The position numbers and the translations under genes are program-made. The notes under the pieces were generated by a model that saw only the letters and a list, made by a program, of their open reading frames with translations, was not told where the DNA came from and made no database searches. From a virus (lineage: Duplodnaviria > Caudoviricetes), in IMG/VR virus record IMGVR_UViG_3300037249_000287, positions 1-64,000 of that record: DNA of 64,000 nucleotides; one strand, given 5' to 3'. This document shows, piece by piece, positions 1 through 9,610 of the stretch. Position 1 is the first letter of the stretch, and every line of letters begins with the position of its first letter.

Positions 1-157
1 CCCATCCTGCACGATACCCGTGCTCATACATCTTATCACGCTCTTCTTCGTGGCGCATCATTGGAGAATAGTCACCACCACGCATCATTCTGCGCATATT
101 GTGACGAACGCTTTGCATTTCGTCATCACGGTCTGTGTTGAAAATTAAGTATCCCAC
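1..157 (-). CDS. Hypothetical protein, 3'-truncated by window edge
   Basis: Hand-translated from GTG at 157: (M)GYLIFNTDRDDEMQSVRHNMRRMMRGG...YEHGYRAGW; AGAAAGGG upstream; continues the operon of the three ORFs to its right. Confidence 0.6.
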   Translation of the reverse strand, partial: MGYLIFNTDRDDEMQSVRHNMRRMMRGGDYSPMMRHEEERDKMYEHGYRAGW

Positions 158-184
158 TTGATTACCCTTTCTTACTTTAGCGAA

Positions 185-706
185 TTAAACACCACTCGGA
201 GAAGGTGAGTCCAATTTCTGCAATATCTTCAAGATACTATCCAGCTTCTCGTCGGTAGCAGCCTGACGTTTCTCTAAGTCACTTATCGTTCGTGCTTGTT
301 TCTTTTCCTCCGCATAACGTGGATTCAACACTTCAAGCATCTTTTCAGACTCCGCTATGACACCCTTGTGGAAAGGTATCTGGTCTAAAGCCTTGCGTGA
401 TGTCTGTAGCATGGCGTCAACCGCCTGTAGCATTGCTTCACGGCTACCACTGAATGTTACATTGCCTTTTGCGGCAATCTCTACACCCAACGGAATGTCG
501 TTAAACGTTTCATCCTTGCCATTGATGGTTGCAGTCACATCAATAACCTGTTGTGTCTGCAAGCCAGCCATAAGGTTCGGCGTTTGCGTTGGAAACTTTA
601 CGTGCGGTTGTGTCTTTGACTTTACCGTACCGACTTCAAGAATCGGCTTTTCTCCCTGACGGAGAATGTAAAAAGGACTACCTTGTCCGAGTGATGAAAA
701 ATCCAT
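185..706 (-). CDS. Conserved phage hypothetical protein with C-terminal coiled coil
   Basis: 173-aa ORF tightly packed in operon. Confidence 0.7.
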   Translation of the reverse strand: MDFSSLGQGSPFYILRQGEKPILEVGTVKSKTQPHVKFPTQTPNLMAGLQTQQVIDVTATINGKDETFNDIPLGVEIAAKGNVTFSGSREAMLQAVDAMLQTSRKALDQIPFHKGVIAESEKMLEVLNPRYAEEKKQARTISDLEKRQAATDEKLDSILKILQKLDSPSPSGV

Positions 707-738
707 TGTTAATTACTTTTTGTTGTTAATCACTAAGT

Positions 739-1071
739 TTACACTACTGTACGAGACATCAAGTATAACGAACCATTAAATCTGTCGTTGAACACCAAAA
801 TAGCACCAACGTTGAGCAATTCGGCAGCAGTTGCATTCTCACCGTTAGGGAGCGTCAACTGACGTGTAGTGCCATTAAGTGTTAAAGTAACAGGCGATGT
901 CGTTGTGGCATCGGCAGGTATCACATCCGAAATACGGAGAGTGAAATAACCAAGAGGTTGAATCCTGCGGAAGCCCATTGCGATGTCGATAGTCTCAGTA
1001 CCAATAGTGGTTGCGGTTGAAACGAGTAGTGGTATTCCTCCCGCATTTGTTGTTACGTTATTGAAACACAT
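739..1071 (-). CDS. Hypothetical beta-rich phage protein
   Basis: 110-aa ORF, Thr-rich, operon context. Confidence 0.65.
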   Translation of the reverse strand: MCFNNVTTNAGGIPLLVSTATTIGTETIDIAMGFRRIQPLGYFTLRISDVIPADATTTSPVTLTLNGTTRQLTLPNGENATAAELLNVGAILVFNDRFNGSLYLMSRTVV

Positions 1072-1098
1072 GCTATATACCTCCTATCCACTTAATCG

Positions 1099-2055
1099 TT
1101 AAAACACAATCTGGTTACCGAAACCGTTGCCATAAAAACCATTCCAACCTCCCATATATGGAGTGTTGTTTACGGCGGTAACATTTGGATATGTTACAGC
1201 AATGGTGTTTGGCATCTTGTTCTTAATGTCGTCAACCTCGTTCTGAATGCCTGCAAGCTGCCCAAGAATAGGAGCAACCGCCTGTTGAACAACACCAGTC
1301 GTAAAGTTCTGAGACTTCAACGATGCAACCTCTGCGGTTAATGCGGTAATCTCACGGCCTTTACGACTTGACTCCATAGCATCAAGCTTGTTGTCGATGG
1401 CAATGAAATTGCGGTTCATGTTGTCCGTTAGTGCGTATGTTTGCTGGCACATAGCCAATTGGTCAGCAGCAGCCTTTGCCTGTACTTGGTTGCCTACGCT
1501 ATTGATTGCGTTCTGTAAGGTGTTGGTTTGCTGACATGTAGCAAGTTGCTGGTCGCAGCAGCACTTTTGGAATGCGCTGATGATGCTCGCGTCGCCGCTC
1601 TGGATGGAGTTGATAATCTGAGGAACACTCACAGCCTGCTGCAAAGCAAGGTTGCTAAGAGCAGACTGCACATTGTTGACTGCACCATTTACAAGGTTGA
1701 AGTCCTGACCAAGCATTGTGCTTAATGTCTGAATAGCGGTACGTGATGCCTCACCTTGGTTTGTGATAGCGTTCATAATAAGTTCACGACCCGAATCGTT
1801 CGACAACTGATTAGCAAGGAAAGCCGCGCCTGAGTTGCCTCCGCCAAAGCCTCCATTGCCAAATCCGCCATTGTTCCAGCCGAACATTGAAGCAATGATA
1901 GCCAGTCCAAATAAGTCAGCAATCCCATTCATGCCGTAGTTGCCGCCAAAAAGACCGCCACCCATACCAAAACCACCAATAGGAATAGAGAAAGGTATGT
2001 TACCGAAACCTCCGTTGTTTCCAGTCGAGTCAGGAAGTTGATATATCTCTGCCAT
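1099..2055 (-). CDS. Gly/Asn/Gln-rich phage protein, function unknown
   Basis: 318-aa ORF; GFG-rich N-terminus with hydrophobic segment, CCC motif, coiled coil; own promoter upstream. Confidence 0.75.
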   Translation of the reverse strand: MAEIYQLPDSTGNNGGFGNIPFSIPIGGFGMGGGLFGGNYGMNGIADLFGLAIIASMFGWNNGGFGNGGFGGGNSGAAFLANQLSNDSGRELIMNAITNQGEASRTAIQTLSTMLGQDFNLVNGAVNNVQSALSNLALQQAVSVPQIINSIQSGDASIISAFQKCCCDQQLATCQQTNTLQNAINSVGNQVQAKAAADQLAMCQQTYALTDNMNRNFIAIDNKLDAMESSRKGREITALTAEVASLKSQNFTTGVVQQAVAPILGQLAGIQNEVDDIKNKMPNTIAVTYPNVTAVNNTPYMGGWNGFYGNGFGNQIVF

Positions 2056-2115
2056 GTTTATTAAAGATTTAATTTGTTAAACTTTTAGTTATTACTCGCT
2101 TTGTAACGTTACGGT

Positions 2116-2125
2116 TGCAAAGATA
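2116..2125 (-). promoter_or_regulatory. Bacteroidota sigma70 -7 element (TATCTTTGCA)
   Basis: Matches TAnnTTTG consensus ~60 nt upstream of ATG 2055. Confidence 0.65.
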
Positions 2126-2308
2126 CAAGCATACAGAGGATAATCAATACAATACTTCTACAAGTCCATAACACAATTATAACTTACTTATATTCAACGT
2201 GTTATAGGCTTATTTCTGTTGAAAGACGATTTTTTACAATAAACAAACAAAAAAGTGCCTAAATAACAAGTATTTAGACACCATTTTTTGAAAATAAAGT
2301 TGATGTGA

Positions 2309-2917
2309 TTAAGCTATAGTCCAGTTTGTGTTTGACGTAACAGTAAACGATGCACTTGTAGAACCATCCCAAGGAATCTCGACGCTTGCAGGCGTTACGC
2401 TCAGTGTAGCATCGCCAGCGGCAAGTGTAATTGTACAAGTGCTTGTATGGCCAGCATCATCAGTGACAACAATCTGACACGTCAATGGGTCTACACCAGC
2501 GTTGGCAGGAATTGTAAATTGAATGCTCCACGCATATTCCTGTGTTGCTCCTGGGTCTCCTGTAATTGCGTCACCATTGTTGGTTGTCGTTCCAGCAGCA
2601 GTGTATGTTGCAGGAATGGTAAGACCAATGTTGTCCGTTCCTTTGCTGAATGTTAGCGCAGCAGAATTGGAAGTACCGCTTAGAGTGAGCGTTCCGCCAG
2701 TCTTTTCTGACGCAGCACTTGGATTGTTGAATGTTCCAAACTCTGGCTTACCCGTCTGACTAACGGTTCTTACCACATCTTCTACACCTACTGCACTAAA
2801 CGTAATGTTTGTTGTTCTTGCATTACGACCAGTGTTGTTCGCATTGGCAGATACGTTGACGGTATCATTGCCACTTCCTGATAATTTACTCGGCGTTAGC
2901 CAACTTGCATATCCCAT
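2309..2917 (-). CDS. BACON-domain virion accessory protein
   Basis: WLTPSKLSGSGNDTVNVSANANNTGRNARTTNITF and FTVTSNTNWTI are typical BACON/Ig-like signatures. Confidence 0.7.
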   Translation of the reverse strand: MGYASWLTPSKLSGSGNDTVNVSANANNTGRNARTTNITFSAVGVEDVVRTVSQTGKPEFGTFNNPSAASEKTGGTLTLSGTSNSAALTFSKGTDNIGLTIPATYTAAGTTTNNGDAITGDPGATQEYAWSIQFTIPANAGVDPLTCQIVVTDDAGHTSTCTITLAAGDATLSVTPASVEIPWDGSTSASFTVTSNTNWTIA

Positions 2918-2948
2918 AATCTTTGAATTAAATTAAATTAAACTTAAA

Positions 2949-3236
2949 CTAATTAATATTCCATTTGGTATTTGACTGTATTTCATAAACAATCTCGTTT
3001 GTGTAACTAATCCAATGGAATGTCTGTGGGTTCTCTGGCATTACACGTAAATACCTTGTACCTTGGTCTGTAGCACATATTAAAGAAACCGTAACAGACA
3101 TACCGCACTTCTTGGTAATAGAAGCAACCATTCCACCAATACGCTCGGTTGTTGTTGCGATACCACCACCGATACGCGAAACGGTTACTGTTGTACACCC
3201 AAAAGATACTTTATTCCCTTCCATACCACAAATCAT
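2949..3236 (-). CDS. Hypothetical protein (possible BACON-like end)
   Basis: 95-aa ORF overlapping next gene by 4 nt; ends YEIQSNTKWNIN. Confidence 0.55.
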   Translation of the reverse strand: MICGMEGNKVSFGCTTVTVSRIGGGIATTTERIGGMVASITKKCGMSVTVSLICATDQGTRYLRVMPENPQTFHWISYTNEIVYEIQSNTKWNIN

Positions 3237-3559
3237 TTAACCACACAAAGAACAAACCTATCAACCTCTGTCCTTATACCATCATCAAAGTCGGCGTCTG
3301 GTACATAGGCGATTGTCGTCATAACTATTTCACTCGTTCCAACGTCATCGGTCGAGAATGTGAAGATGTAACCATCGTCGCCCGATTTGAGCATCTGGCT
3401 TTTTTCAATCTCGACTTTCTTTGTTCCGAATGAATTTCTTAGAATGACTTTGAAATCATCATCATCCATTGAAAAACCTTCCGACTCAATCTTTAGCAAA
3501 TACTTCAAGTCATTGCCTTTGAAAGTAATTGTTTTTACAAAATCAGTATTTTTGTCCAT
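3233..3559 (-). CDS. Hypothetical virion-associated protein
   Basis: 108-aa ORF in tail accessory operon. Confidence 0.65.
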   Translation of the reverse strand: MDKNTDFVKTITFKGNDLKYLLKIESEGFSMDDDDFKVILRNSFGTKKVEIEKSQMLKSGDDGYIFTFSTDDVGTSEIVMTTIAYVPDADFDDGIRTEVDRFVLCVVK

Positions 3560-3580
3560 AACATTTGTTTTTTTTAGGTT

Positions 3581-3985
3581 TTACGTAAACTTACTGGCGA
3601 ACTGCCACCATGCGAACCACCTGCGGCGGTCGAGATAGCCCGTGTCGCCGTCGAAGAAGTAAGCCTCGCGCTCCAAGGGGTTGGCCTTGTAAGCCTCGTC
3701 CACGTCGCCCGTCTTGGCGTAAGCCCACAGCCACAGCGCGGCGTAGAGCCACACGTAGAGCGGCAGGCAGAGCAGGCTCCACCATCCCAGTCCTGCGAGC
3801 CACGACACTGCACAGAGCACCACGGCCACGCAGAGTATCTCCTTCTGCTGCTCACCGTGTATGCCTTCGTGCCGCATGTCCTGCTCCGTCATGTACTTCG
3901 CGCGGACAAACAGCAGCGGCCAAGCCGTCAGGGCTTTAATCCCCGCAGGAGGTATTATCTTGTTCTTCACTACTATCATCTTCAT
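3581..3985 (-). CDS. Small membrane protein with HExxH zincin-like motif
   Basis: RHEGIHGEQQKE motif, hydrophobic segment, NPLEREAY; start re-set to ATG 3985 (14 nt after upstream stop); GC-rich coding DNA. Confidence 0.65.
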   Translation of the reverse strand: MKMIVVKNKIIPPAGIKALTAWPLLFVRAKYMTEQDMRHEGIHGEQQKEILCVAVVLCAVSWLAGLGWWSLLCLPLYVWLYAALWLWAYAKTGDVDEAYKANPLEREAYFFDGDTGYLDRRRWFAWWQFASKFT

Positions 3986-3998
3986 GTCAGTCTTTTGT

Positions 3999-5966
3999 TT
4001 ATTCCACCACAACAACCTTGCCAGTGAAGGCAAGTCTTGACAGGCGGCCACCGCTTGATGTGTTGTCACTTCTGTGTGAAAGGGCTGCTACGAAGAACTG
4101 ATTGTCAATGTTATCACTGCGCATTAACATTCCAGCAGCTGATTGTGCAAGCATGCGGCAACAATACCCAGTAGTATTACTACCACCAGAAGCTTGGGGC
4201 AGACAGTCGAAGTATGTGCCAAACAGCATCTTGGTAACATACGTATTTGAATTTTCTACATAAGTGCCAATAGTCCTGACCGTATTCCCACTAATGTCCG
4301 TCAGCGTACATACTCTTGAAGAACTGACTGTCACATTGTGCAAAAATTCATATCCTCCATGCCCCCAGCACTCCAGTCCCCAGAAGTTGACATGTCGATT
4401 GCCACTACTATCAGTGCTCACGCCGTCTGCCATTCCCAACTGGTTTGTTACGCCTGTAGTAATATGCGCGTACTGCGCTCCGCCACCCAGCCGACTCTTA
4501 CAGTTAGTGTTCCTGTATTTGACGTAATACAGCAAGGCCATTATGCAGTGCCATTCCCAAGTGACAAGATGAAACCCCGCGCCCCTTGCTCCAGCGTATG
4601 CGACGGAATTGGCTTTACCTACCTTGTCCGTTGGTGTCTTTGCAGATGACGAATACAGCTTGTTTGACGAAACATAGCTTCTGAATACGGCAACCAGCTG
4701 CTGGTCGCTCCACTCTTTCCACTCACTTCCAGAAGGCTTCCTGCCATAAGCAACAGTCACCCTGAACTTGTCCGTTGCGACTGTCTCGCATTTCCACCAA
4801 AACTTAGGTAATCGCATCCATACATCCTTGCCTATTGTGGCTATATCCGTTGCAGCACTTGTACCGTCGGCATACAGCGTACCGTTATTGTCGTCAAGCT
4901 GCTTGATGCTCATTACGTTATTTGCAAACGTACCCACATACCTGTGACTGTCTGACCTTATCGCGTTAATTCCCGCCTCTGCATCAGCCTGTCCGTCTAT
5001 AGTCTGTAACGTAATCATCTGGGCAGGGTCGCTCTTCGTCTGGTCTATTATTACCTGAGTGTACTGTATGGCCTTCAGTGCAGCACTGATGTTCACCGTC
5101 ATATTACCGTTAGCCGTAAAGCTGCTAATGTTCAGGTCATGCGTATCACTGGTAATGGTGTAAGCCCCGCTCAGTCCTGCCAGTGCCACACGTCCTGTTG
5201 CATCAGTAGTCACCGTATAGCTCTTGCTCTGGTTGCTGATGGTCAGCTCAACACCCTCTACCGAACTGCCGTCAGTGGTTGTTACCTTGAAGATGACCTT
5301 GGTGGGAAGGATGGAGGTGACTGGACGTACTGTAAAGCCGTAGCGGCGAGGCATATTGCCTTGTGAGGCACCACTACTACTCAATAACATATAGTAGGGT
5401 AAATCTGAGCTACCTTGGCTAACGATATAGCAAATCGAAGACCAGTAAAAGCCGTACACACCCTCCTGATCGAGGGAAGTACCATCGTAGCAACCACAAG
5501 CAGGAATGAATATGTAGACAGAGGAATCTGATTTCTTCATAAACTTATAACCTTTTACTCCAGTAGCATTATAGTTACTTACCCATGCTTTAGAGGTGTT
5601 ATCATACAACTCTCTAATCTCGGTTATTGTTGGCATCCTCCAAGACTCCCCACAGTTAACCCTTGCGGCGTCATAACCACTGTTAGGCTGAATATCTGTA
5701 CTAATGTCTTTTATAAACGTACCATTGACGGTAGTTGCATTATAATTTGCCTGACTGAAATCATGCCCGCTTCCCTCGGCATACCCTGTAACATCACCCC
5801 ATGAGAAGTACAGTCCATACCCTTCAGGCGTATCAGCACCTATATTGCAAGTAGCCCACAGCAGCCCGCTCGGCAATCCTAAGTCAACATAGAAATCACC
5901 TGCATTCACAGGCTCAATGCCAGACTCACTGCCCTGACCGCCCATGACCCTTCTCCTGTTATTCAT
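3999..5966 (-). CDS. Putative receptor-binding/adhesin protein with two C-type-lectin-fold-like (DGR-target-type) domains and an Ig-like linker
   Basis: N-domain YVDLGLPSGLLWATCNIGA...WRMPT...YWSS...GFTVRPV; C-domain NFWGLECWG...SRLAFTG; both termini resemble Bacteroidota DGR target domains. Confidence 0.65.
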   Translation of the reverse strand: MNNRRRVMGGQGSESGIEPVNAGDFYVDLGLPSGLLWATCNIGADTPEGYGLYFSWGDVTGYAEGSGHDFSQANYNATTVNGTFIKDISTDIQPNSGYDAARVNCGESWRMPTITEIRELYDNTSKAWVSNYNATGVKGYKFMKKSDSSVYIFIPACGCYDGTSLDQEGVYGFYWSSICYIVSQGSSDLPYYMLLSSSGASQGNMPRRYGFTVRPVTSILPTKVIFKVTTTDGSSVEGVELTISNQSKSYTVTTDATGRVALAGLSGAYTITSDTHDLNISSFTANGNMTVNISAALKAIQYTQVIIDQTKSDPAQMITLQTIDGQADAEAGINAIRSDSHRYVGTFANNVMSIKQLDDNNGTLYADGTSAATDIATIGKDVWMRLPKFWWKCETVATDKFRVTVAYGRKPSGSEWKEWSDQQLVAVFRSYVSSNKLYSSSAKTPTDKVGKANSVAYAGARGAGFHLVTWEWHCIMALLYYVKYRNTNCKSRLGGGAQYAHITTGVTNQLGMADGVSTDSSGNRHVNFWGLECWGHGGYEFLHNVTVSSSRVCTLTDISGNTVRTIGTYVENSNTYVTKMLFGTYFDCLPQASGGSNTTGYCCRMLAQSAAGMLMRSDNIDNQFFVAALSHRSDNTSSGGRLSRLAFTGKVVVVE

Positions 5967-6651
5967 CGTTCTCTTCCTCCTTCGTTAAGTCAAACACAAG
6001 CTGCTCTGGGTAACCAGCGGTAAAATCATAGTCATCAACGGCGGCAATATCTGTCAGCGCACCAATGTTTGCAAGATGCCCTTGCGTCACACCATAGCAC
6101 CTGTCAGCATACAGCTGTATCTTTGCCAGTGCCACCTTGGCCAGTTGTAAGGGTATTGTGACGGACTCACTGCCCAGCGGCACCTCAATCTCAGTCATGC
6201 CCAGCAGTTCTGCTGCGTCAAGCGTGTTCTTGTGGTTGCTTCTTTCCGCAGCCGTAAACCATGCGCTAACGGTATTGCCATCAGGGTTCTCAACAGTACC
6301 ACCATCATCCCCATCAGGATTCTCAGTGGTTCCCCCACTGAGCACAACGCGGAATGAGTTAACTGCCTCCGAATTGTCATACCGCTCCACCAGCTGCTTA
6401 CGCTCCTGCCTTGCCTGCTCAATGGTACGCACAGGCAGCGGCTTTAATTGCATCTCAATCACCTCCTTGACAGAGGCCAGCGGGTGACTTTCATGGAACG
6501 CTACCTGCTCATCAGACAGAAGTACCCACTTACCCTGCTGGTAGTCCTCATAGGTCGAGCCTATCTTGCCAGCCCAGTACTCAGCATCCAGCGGCTCGCT
6601 GAACTCGATGTATACACCCTGTATATTATTTCTTATATACGTATAATTCAT
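5959..6651 (-). CDS. DUF4376-like tail fibre-associated protein
   Basis: YDNSEAVNSF...LAKIQLYADRCYGVTQGH...YDFTAGYPEQLVF pattern; internal (T/V)ENPDG duplication. Confidence 0.6.
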   Translation of the reverse strand: MNYTYIRNNIQGVYIEFSEPLDAEYWAGKIGSTYEDYQQGKWVLLSDEQVAFHESHPLASVKEVIEMQLKPLPVRTIEQARQERKQLVERYDNSEAVNSFRVVLSGGTTENPDGDDGGTVENPDGNTVSAWFTAAERSNHKNTLDAAELLGMTEIEVPLGSESVTIPLQLAKVALAKIQLYADRCYGVTQGHLANIGALTDIAAVDDYDFTAGYPEQLVFDLTKEEENDE

Positions 6652-6653
6652 AT

Positions 6654-7088
6654 CTAAATACCTCTTACATAAATTTTGTCATTTGACGTATTGTCCGTAG
6701 TATTGATGCAAAGAAAATCTATCTCGACATATCCGCCAGCAGGTACTTCTAACGGGTCTGGGTCTGTTCCATCTGGGCAAATAGACGTATTGGCGTTGTG
6801 AGAAATAGTTACCGTATAGGTATCACTGACAGAATTATTTGCCAATATAACATGAGCACTATGTTGTTTTTTGGGATTTTTACCCGATGCGATAGATAAT
6901 GAAGAAACGTTTCCCGTCAAAGATATTACCGTAAGTGCCACACGTCCGTCAATAGTAATGCTGTCTTTTGTGTTACCATTGTCGGAAGACGTTGCAATAG
7001 TGTAATCTATGCCCCCGTAACCCTCATATATCTTACCAATACCAGCGTCAATCTGTGCGCCTGTGTATGTACTTGTAAATACTGCCAT
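6654..7088 (-). CDS. Hypothetical tail accessory protein
   Basis: 144-aa beta-rich ORF, operon context. Confidence 0.6.
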   Translation of the reverse strand: MAVFTSTYTGAQIDAGIGKIYEGYGGIDYTIATSSDNGNTKDSITIDGRVALTVISLTGNVSSLSIASGKNPKKQHSAHVILANNSVSDTYTVTISHNANTSICPDGTDPDPLEVPAGGYVEIDFLCINTTDNTSNDKIYVRGI

Positions 7089-7093
7089 AATTC

Positions 7094-7363
7094 CTAATTA
7101 GTTTGAACGTTCATATAATCATAATCCGCAGGCGCAAAAGCATCGCCGTTTGATAGACGGAAATTAGGCCCAGCCGCCTGAGTTATCGTCAAGGCTTGGC
7201 TCACCGTTCCACCTTTCGTAGTTTCCACCGTTACCTGTTGGCTACGGGAAATATCAAGGTTGTTTTCGTCTGACTCAACGGCAATAGTACCACCACCTTG
7301 ACCATTATAAGCCAAGGTGATGTTACCACTGCCTGTTTGCCACGCCACAGTCTTAGTTGCCAT
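7094..7363 (-). CDS. Small BACON-like protein
   Basis: GSGNITLAYNGQG...SRSQQVTVETTKGG...LTITQ pattern. Confidence 0.55.
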   Translation of the reverse strand: MATKTVAWQTGSGNITLAYNGQGGGTIAVESDENNLDISRSQQVTVETTKGGTVSQALTITQAAGPNFRLSNGDAFAPADYDYMNVQTN

Positions 7364-7367
7364 ACGA

Positions 7368-7838
7368 CTAATCCGTTACAATGCCATCAAGCATAACGAC
7401 TTGAGACATATTCCATTCGTTACTTGCCATTAGTTTACCAAAAGCATCATCAGAGAGCGTGTCTATTTCAAATTCAACTTCCTTTTGTGCATATTCGCCA
7501 ACCGTGTCTGTAATGAGCTTTTGGTAAGCCTTGAACTTGTTGACAAAATCACTATACTCGGTAGGAGAAATAGGCAATTCGCTTGCATCAAATCCGTCCT
7601 GCTTGATTATGCGTTCGTACTCTTGTGCCTTTGGGAGCAGTTCGTCGAATCCATCAAACTTCATCTTTTCGGCAGCGTCCTTTGAATCGTCGTCAAACTT
7701 TGTTGCAATAGGCTTTAAGGCACGCGCAATCTTCCAAACTTTAATCTTGTCTGCATCTTCAAGTTTGTTATACTTGGCGGTACTTAAAACATTATATGCA
7801 GCAAGCACTTTCTCTGTTGTTATTGTTACCTTTTTCAT
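7368..7838 (-). CDS. Hypothetical protein (possible tail fibre chaperone)
   Basis: 156-aa helical ORF. Confidence 0.6.
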   Translation of the reverse strand: MKKVTITTEKVLAAYNVLSTAKYNKLEDADKIKVWKIARALKPIATKFDDDSKDAAEKMKFDGFDELLPKAQEYERIIKQDGFDASELPISPTEYSDFVNKFKAYQKLITDTVGEYAQKEVEFEIDTLSDDAFGKLMASNEWNMSQVVMLDGIVTD

Positions 7839-7846
7839 GATTGCTA

Positions 7847-8146
7847 CTATGCGTTGTTTTCACCAGAAATAAGTTGCTCAATATCAGTCAGGGCGGCAAA
7901 TACCTTTGCCATATCCTTAGATTTCACGCCACTGATACTATACTCCATCTCGCCCCCCTGCGGCTGGCCAGAGAAACTTCCAGCATACGACATGTCGGCA
8001 GTTTTATAAATAGTGCCGTTGATAGAAAGTACATCATACGTCTGAGCATTCTGCGTGTAGTTTAGATTGATTGTCAAACCACTTTGTTCGTTTACGTAAT
8101 CTGCCTGAGTTGACAGGTTTCTTGTTTTAATTGTTAAAGTTCCCAT
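7847..8146 (-). CDS. Hypothetical protein
   Basis: 99-aa ORF, operon context. Confidence 0.6.
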   Translation of the reverse strand: MGTLTIKTRNLSTQADYVNEQSGLTINLNYTQNAQTYDVLSINGTIYKTADMSYAGSFSGQPQGGEMEYSISGVKSKDMAKVFAALTDIEQLISGENNA

Positions 8147-8188
8147 AATACTTGTTTTTTAAAAGTTATACATTAAATATTCATTAAT

Positions 8189-9607
8189 TTATCCAGCTAT
8201 TTCTACAGGAATCACCTTTGGATTCAGTGCTGCTCCGTTTCTTGTTCCCTGCATGGTTGCATTAGACGGAAACGTTGACATTGATTGGGGTATGGTTATT
8301 TCAAACATAGCCATTCCTCCGCTATGACTTACTGCTTGCTCATAATTACTGTTTCTAACATTAATCGTCTGGTCGCCAACGGTTATTGTTAGTGTGCTAT
8401 AATTATCATAAATAACATCCATAACTTCGTCAGTTTCGCCAACATGTGTTATGTATTCATAACTTATATAACCGATTATAGAAATGCTATCATTATAATA
8501 AGCATCAACACGCTCAAACGTCAATACGCCAGATATGTCGATGTCTACGCTTGCACCAGTTCTGTCTATAGTAACCTCGTAAGCATAACCTATTATCGGG
8601 AATACGTTGACGCTTGAATTACTCTGCTTCCAACAGTCTATAAACAAACACCTACCAGTCAACAATTTCATTCTATGAGAAGGCATTGTTGCATCTGTAT
8701 AATAAGTATTTGTCGCTGTTTCGCTATCAGTCAAATCCAGCCATGCTTGTGGGTAAGAACTAAAAGGTCTTTCAGTGTTGTTCCACACAGAGGAACTGGA
8801 TTGTATTCTGTCAGTTGCATAGTTAAAAAACCTCCAACGTGCATCTTTTGGATTGAAATACTGGTCGCCTTCTATTCTGTCTTGACTATCTGCCCACCTG
8901 AATATAAGTATTCTTCTTATAACTGATGCGTAGCTGATTGAGTAAGTGCTTGTACCCATGAAGTCAATCGGCGATAGCCATTCCTCATTTTGTTCTACAG
9001 ATACGCCAGTTCTTGTGCCATATACGTATTGATAATAAGCATCCATCCACGTATGGTCAACAGGAAACATGAATCTTGCATTTGTGCTTCCAGAAGGGAT
9101 TGACAAAATACGTTGTCCTACAGGTACCAAAGGCGCAAGGTGGTGTGTGCCTACTTCGTATGATTGCCCGCTGTTGATAGTTACTGTTACGTCGTCTGGA
9201 CGGGCATTGTGGTCATAGCCTTTTCCTGTTGCTTGGCCAGCATATATATCTTTGGAAAAATCTGTAAGACGCTTGAAATGCGAATCGCCCCAATGTCTTG
9301 TCTCTATATAATACAAGCCTTTTTCGGAAATCGAATTTGCATATCTCTCAAATGCGGATATGTCGTCTGCGGTAAACATGTCTATTGGCGGCAATATCCC
9401 ATACCTTTCAGACATTCTTTGAGCTGGTGTAATACATTGCGGCTTATTGTTCGCTGCATCAGAACATGGTATTGGCCTGTACCTTGCCCACACATTAATA
9501 TTCTGATGCGTGCATAAAGTACCAACATCACCGCTACCAACGCCCAATGCAACTTGTACGTCATGCACACTAACAGGTGCTGTTATTCTTCCTTTACTAT
9601 AGCTCAT
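8189..9607 (-). CDS. Tail-associated structural protein
   Basis: 472 aa; N-terminus RITAPVSVHDVQVALG...DVGTLC...INVWARYRP resembles tail-fibre-associated proteins downstream of spikes. Confidence 0.6.
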   Translation of the reverse strand: MSYSKGRITAPVSVHDVQVALGVGSGDVGTLCTHQNINVWARYRPIPCSDAANNKPQCITPAQRMSERYGILPPIDMFTADDISAFERYANSISEKGLYYIETRHWGDSHFKRLTDFSKDIYAGQATGKGYDHNARPDDVTVTINSGQSYEVGTHHLAPLVPVGQRILSIPSGSTNARFMFPVDHTWMDAYYQYVYGTRTGVSVEQNEEWLSPIDFMGTSTYSISYASVIRRILIFRWADSQDRIEGDQYFNPKDARWRFFNYATDRIQSSSSVWNNTERPFSSYPQAWLDLTDSETATNTYYTDATMPSHRMKLLTGRCLFIDCWKQSNSSVNVFPIIGYAYEVTIDRTGASVDIDISGVLTFERVDAYYNDSISIIGYISYEYITHVGETDEVMDVIYDNYSTLTITVGDQTINVRNSNYEQAVSHSGGMAMFEITIPQSMSTFPSNATMQGTRNGAALNPKVIPVEIAG

Positions 9608-9610
9608 ATC

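Noticed and set aside
3999-5966. Complete diversity-generating retroelement
   Set aside because: No reverse transcriptase ORF and no template copy of either variable-region-like end found in the window
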